This document shows, one piece after another, positions 11,841-13,425 of a stretch of DNA of 13,425 nucleotides (positions within the stretch are counted from its first letter, which is position 1; each line of letters begins with the position of its first letter). Made by a program: the position numbers and the translations under genes. The notes under the pieces were generated by a model that was not told the origin of the DNA, searched no databases, and worked only from the letters and a program-made list of their open reading frames with translations. Source of the DNA: Myxococcota bacterium (GTDB lineage Bacteria; Myxococcota_A; Polyangia; Polyangiales; Sandaracinaceae). The DNA lies in contig JAYZQJ010000180.1 in the NCBI GenBank assembly GCA_036149055.1, positions 1-13,425 on the forward strand, read 5' to 3'.

Positions 11841-13261
11841 CCCGCCCGCTGCTCATCGCCGCCTGCGCCGGCCTGGTCGGCTGCACCTCCATCTACGGCA
11901 TGGACGCGCCGGTCGGCTGCATGGAGACCGAGGACGCCGACGGCGACGGCTTCCTCGCGGAGGCCTGCCTCGGCGCGGGCAACGCCGACGCCGACTGCGA
12001 CGACCGCGACCGGGACACCTTCCCCGGCGCGCCCGAGCGCTGCAACGGGGTCGACGACGACTGCGACCGGCGCATCGACGAGGGCACGCTCGCCGAGACC
12101 TTCTACCTCGACTGCGACGGCGACGGCGTCGGGCGCTCGAGGGTCGCCCAGGTGTGCGGCGCCGAGCTGCTGCCCGAGCCGCCCTGCGAAGGCGGCGAGT
12201 GGGTCGCCTTCTTCGGTGACTGCGACGACGAGGACGCGACGCACGTGACCCACTGCGGCTGCGCCGACGTCTCGGTCCTCTTCGCGATCGACGACGGCCC
12301 CGGCATGCGCCCGGTGCAGGAGGCGCTCTCGGCCGCGCTCCCCGCCCTGGTCGACGCGCTCGCGACCGGCGACCTCGACGGCGACGGCGAGCCGGACCGG
12401 GAGCCGGTCGAGGCCCTGCGCCTCGGCGTGATCCGGAGCGACCTCGGGAGCCACGACGTCGAGGTCTGCGGCCCGTCGGCGGAGGGGCTGCTGATCACCC
12501 GCACCGACGCGTTCACGCCCGCCTGCGACCGCGCGCTGCCGCCGTTCTCGGTCCTCGAGGAGCCGGAGGGCTTCACCGAGGAGGCGTCCTGCCGGGTCGA
12601 GGCCGGAGACGTCGGCTGCACCTTCCCCCAGCCGCTCGAGGCCGCGCTCTGGGGCCTCACGCCGGCCTCGTCGCTGCTCCGCTTCGACCTCGACCAGAGC
12701 CGCCTGGGGCACGCCGACCTCGACAACGACGACTTCCTGCCGGAGGGCGCGCTCCTCGTCACGGTGGTGGCGAGCGACGGCGACGACTGCTCGGTGCGCC
12801 CCGGCGGCGAGTTCGTCTTCGAGCCGGACCCGAGCTTCCCGCTCGCGCCCGAGCTCGCCTGCGTGCTCTTCCGCGGCGAGGGCGAAGACCCGCTCTGGCC
12901 GGTCCGCCGCTTCACCAGCGGCCTCCTCGACGTGCGCGGCGAAGGCGAGCACCTCTTCGCCCTCGTCGCCGGCACCCCCGTCGACGCGCCGGTCGAGCCG
13001 TCCGACGCCGAGTGGGCTCGCCTCCGCGCCGAGCTCGTCCCCACCCGGGACCCCAGCGACGAGACCCGCCTCGCCCCCTCCTGCGAGACCCCCGAGGTCC
13101 GCGCGACCCCACCCGCCCGACTCCTCGAGCTCGCCGAAGCCCTCGCCGAGCGCGACGTCCCGGCCCTGTTAGCGTCCGCCTGCGACCCCGACCTCTCCGC
13201 CTTCACCGTCGCCCTGGCGGCCCGCGTCCACGACCTCGTCGACGCCCGCTGCGGCCCGTGA
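11837..13261 (+). CDS. Lipoprotein with MopE-type Asp/Cys metal-binding repeats and a vWA-like domain, 474 aa
   Basis: Start revised to GTG 11837, which overlaps the upstream stop (GTGA) and has SD GAGGAGG at 11826-11832. Lipobox GLVG|C. Repeats DADGDGF..DCDDRDRDTFPGAPERCNGVDDDCD..IDEG and FYLDCDGDG.G..GDCDD are followed by vWA-like VLFAIDDGPGM..LRLGVIRSDLG..QPLEAA..FL..SDGDDCS. Confidence 0.88.
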   Translation: MTRPLLIAACAGLVGCTSIYGMDAPVGCMETEDADGDGFLAEACLGAGNADADCDDRDRDTFPGAPERCNGVDDDCDRRIDEGTLAETFYLDCDGDGVGRSRVAQVCGAELLPEPPCEGGEWVAFFGDCDDEDATHVTHCGCADVSVLFAIDDGPGMRPVQEALSAALPALVDALATGDLDGDGEPDREPVEALRLGVIRSDLGSHDVEVCGPSAEGLLITRTDAFTPACDRALPPFSVLEEPEGFTEEASCRVEAGDVGCTFPQPLEAALWGLTPASSLLRFDLDQSRLGHADLDNDDFLPEGALLVTVVASDGDDCSVRPGGEFVFEPDPSFPLAPELACVLFRGEGEDPLWPVRRFTSGLLDVRGEGEHLFALVAGTPVDAPVEPSDAEWARLRAELVPTRDPSDETRLAPSCETPEVRATPPARLLELAEALAERDVPALLASACDPDLSAFTVALAARVHDLVDARCGP

Positions 13262-13297
13262 CCCGAACCGCGCCCCGGCCCCAACTCCGGGTCACCT

Positions 13298-13323
13298 CGC
13301 GGAGAGCGCCACGCGCCTCCGCG
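13298..13323 (+). terminator. GC-rich stem-loop downstream of the lipoprotein gene (possible terminator or stabiliser)
   Basis: cgcggag-a-gcgc-cac-gcgc-ctccgcg forms an 11-bp stem with one bulge. There is no U-tract, so termination is uncertain. Confidence 0.3.
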
Positions 13324-13425
13324 GCGACGAGCGAAGCGAGGTCGCCGGCACGAACACCGAAGGCGACGAGCGAAGCGAGGTCGCCGCACGCGCCCTCCGC
13401 CGGCGACGAGCGAAGCGAGGTCGCC
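13323..13425 (+). repeat. Three identical 24-bp palindromic repeats GGCGACGAGCGAAGCGAGGTCGCC (REP-like array, reaching the window end)
   Basis: Copies at 13323-13346, 13362-13385 and 13402-13425, with spacers of 15 and 16 bp. The GGCGAC/GTCGCC arms enclose GAGCGAAGCGAG. Confidence 0.93.

Noticed and set aside
13258..13295. Inverted repeat gtgacccg/cgggtcac spanning the last stop codon
   Set aside because: It has 8-bp arms, a 22-nt loop and no U-tract, which is too weak to call.
5802..13389. Alternative-frame and antisense ORFs (e.g. 5951-7549 -, 8018-9022 +, 8893-10530 -, 10386-11783 -, 11642-12952 -, 12103-13389 -)
   Set aside because: They overlap better-supported genes, have low-complexity Arg/Gly/Ala composition and show no motifs.
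13323..13425. CRISPR array
   Set aside because: Spacers are only 15-16 bp and partly similar to one another, and there is no AT-rich leader or cas gene in the window.

Overview
Very GC-rich bacterial DNA (roughly three-quarters GC by eye). The gene content looks like Myxococcota, probably Polyangiales; this is inferred from gene types, not from a search. The minus strand carries a double-length UvrA (1765 aa, four ABC modules). Divergent from it are an exported TPR protein and a membrane protein with an internal duplication. Converging on these is a lipoprotein with an RlpA-like double-psi beta-barrel and a Cys-rich tail. A three-gene plus-strand cluster follows: a membrane Ser/Thr kinase with a PEGA-like domain, a TPR+PEGA protein, and a lipoprotein with MopE-type repeats and a degenerate vWA domain. 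Both window ends are non-coding repeat DNA. The left end has two 76-bp direct repeats and a (CTCCGA)19 microsatellite, and the right end has three 24-bp palindromic repeats. The left and right repeats share a GA-GC-GRA-GC-GA hairpin cap in opposite orientation. No RNA genes, transposase or cas genes are visible. The best candidates for under-described biology are the GNA-triloop repeat family and the kinase/PEGA/lipoprotein envelope module, but novelty cannot be established from the sequence alone.
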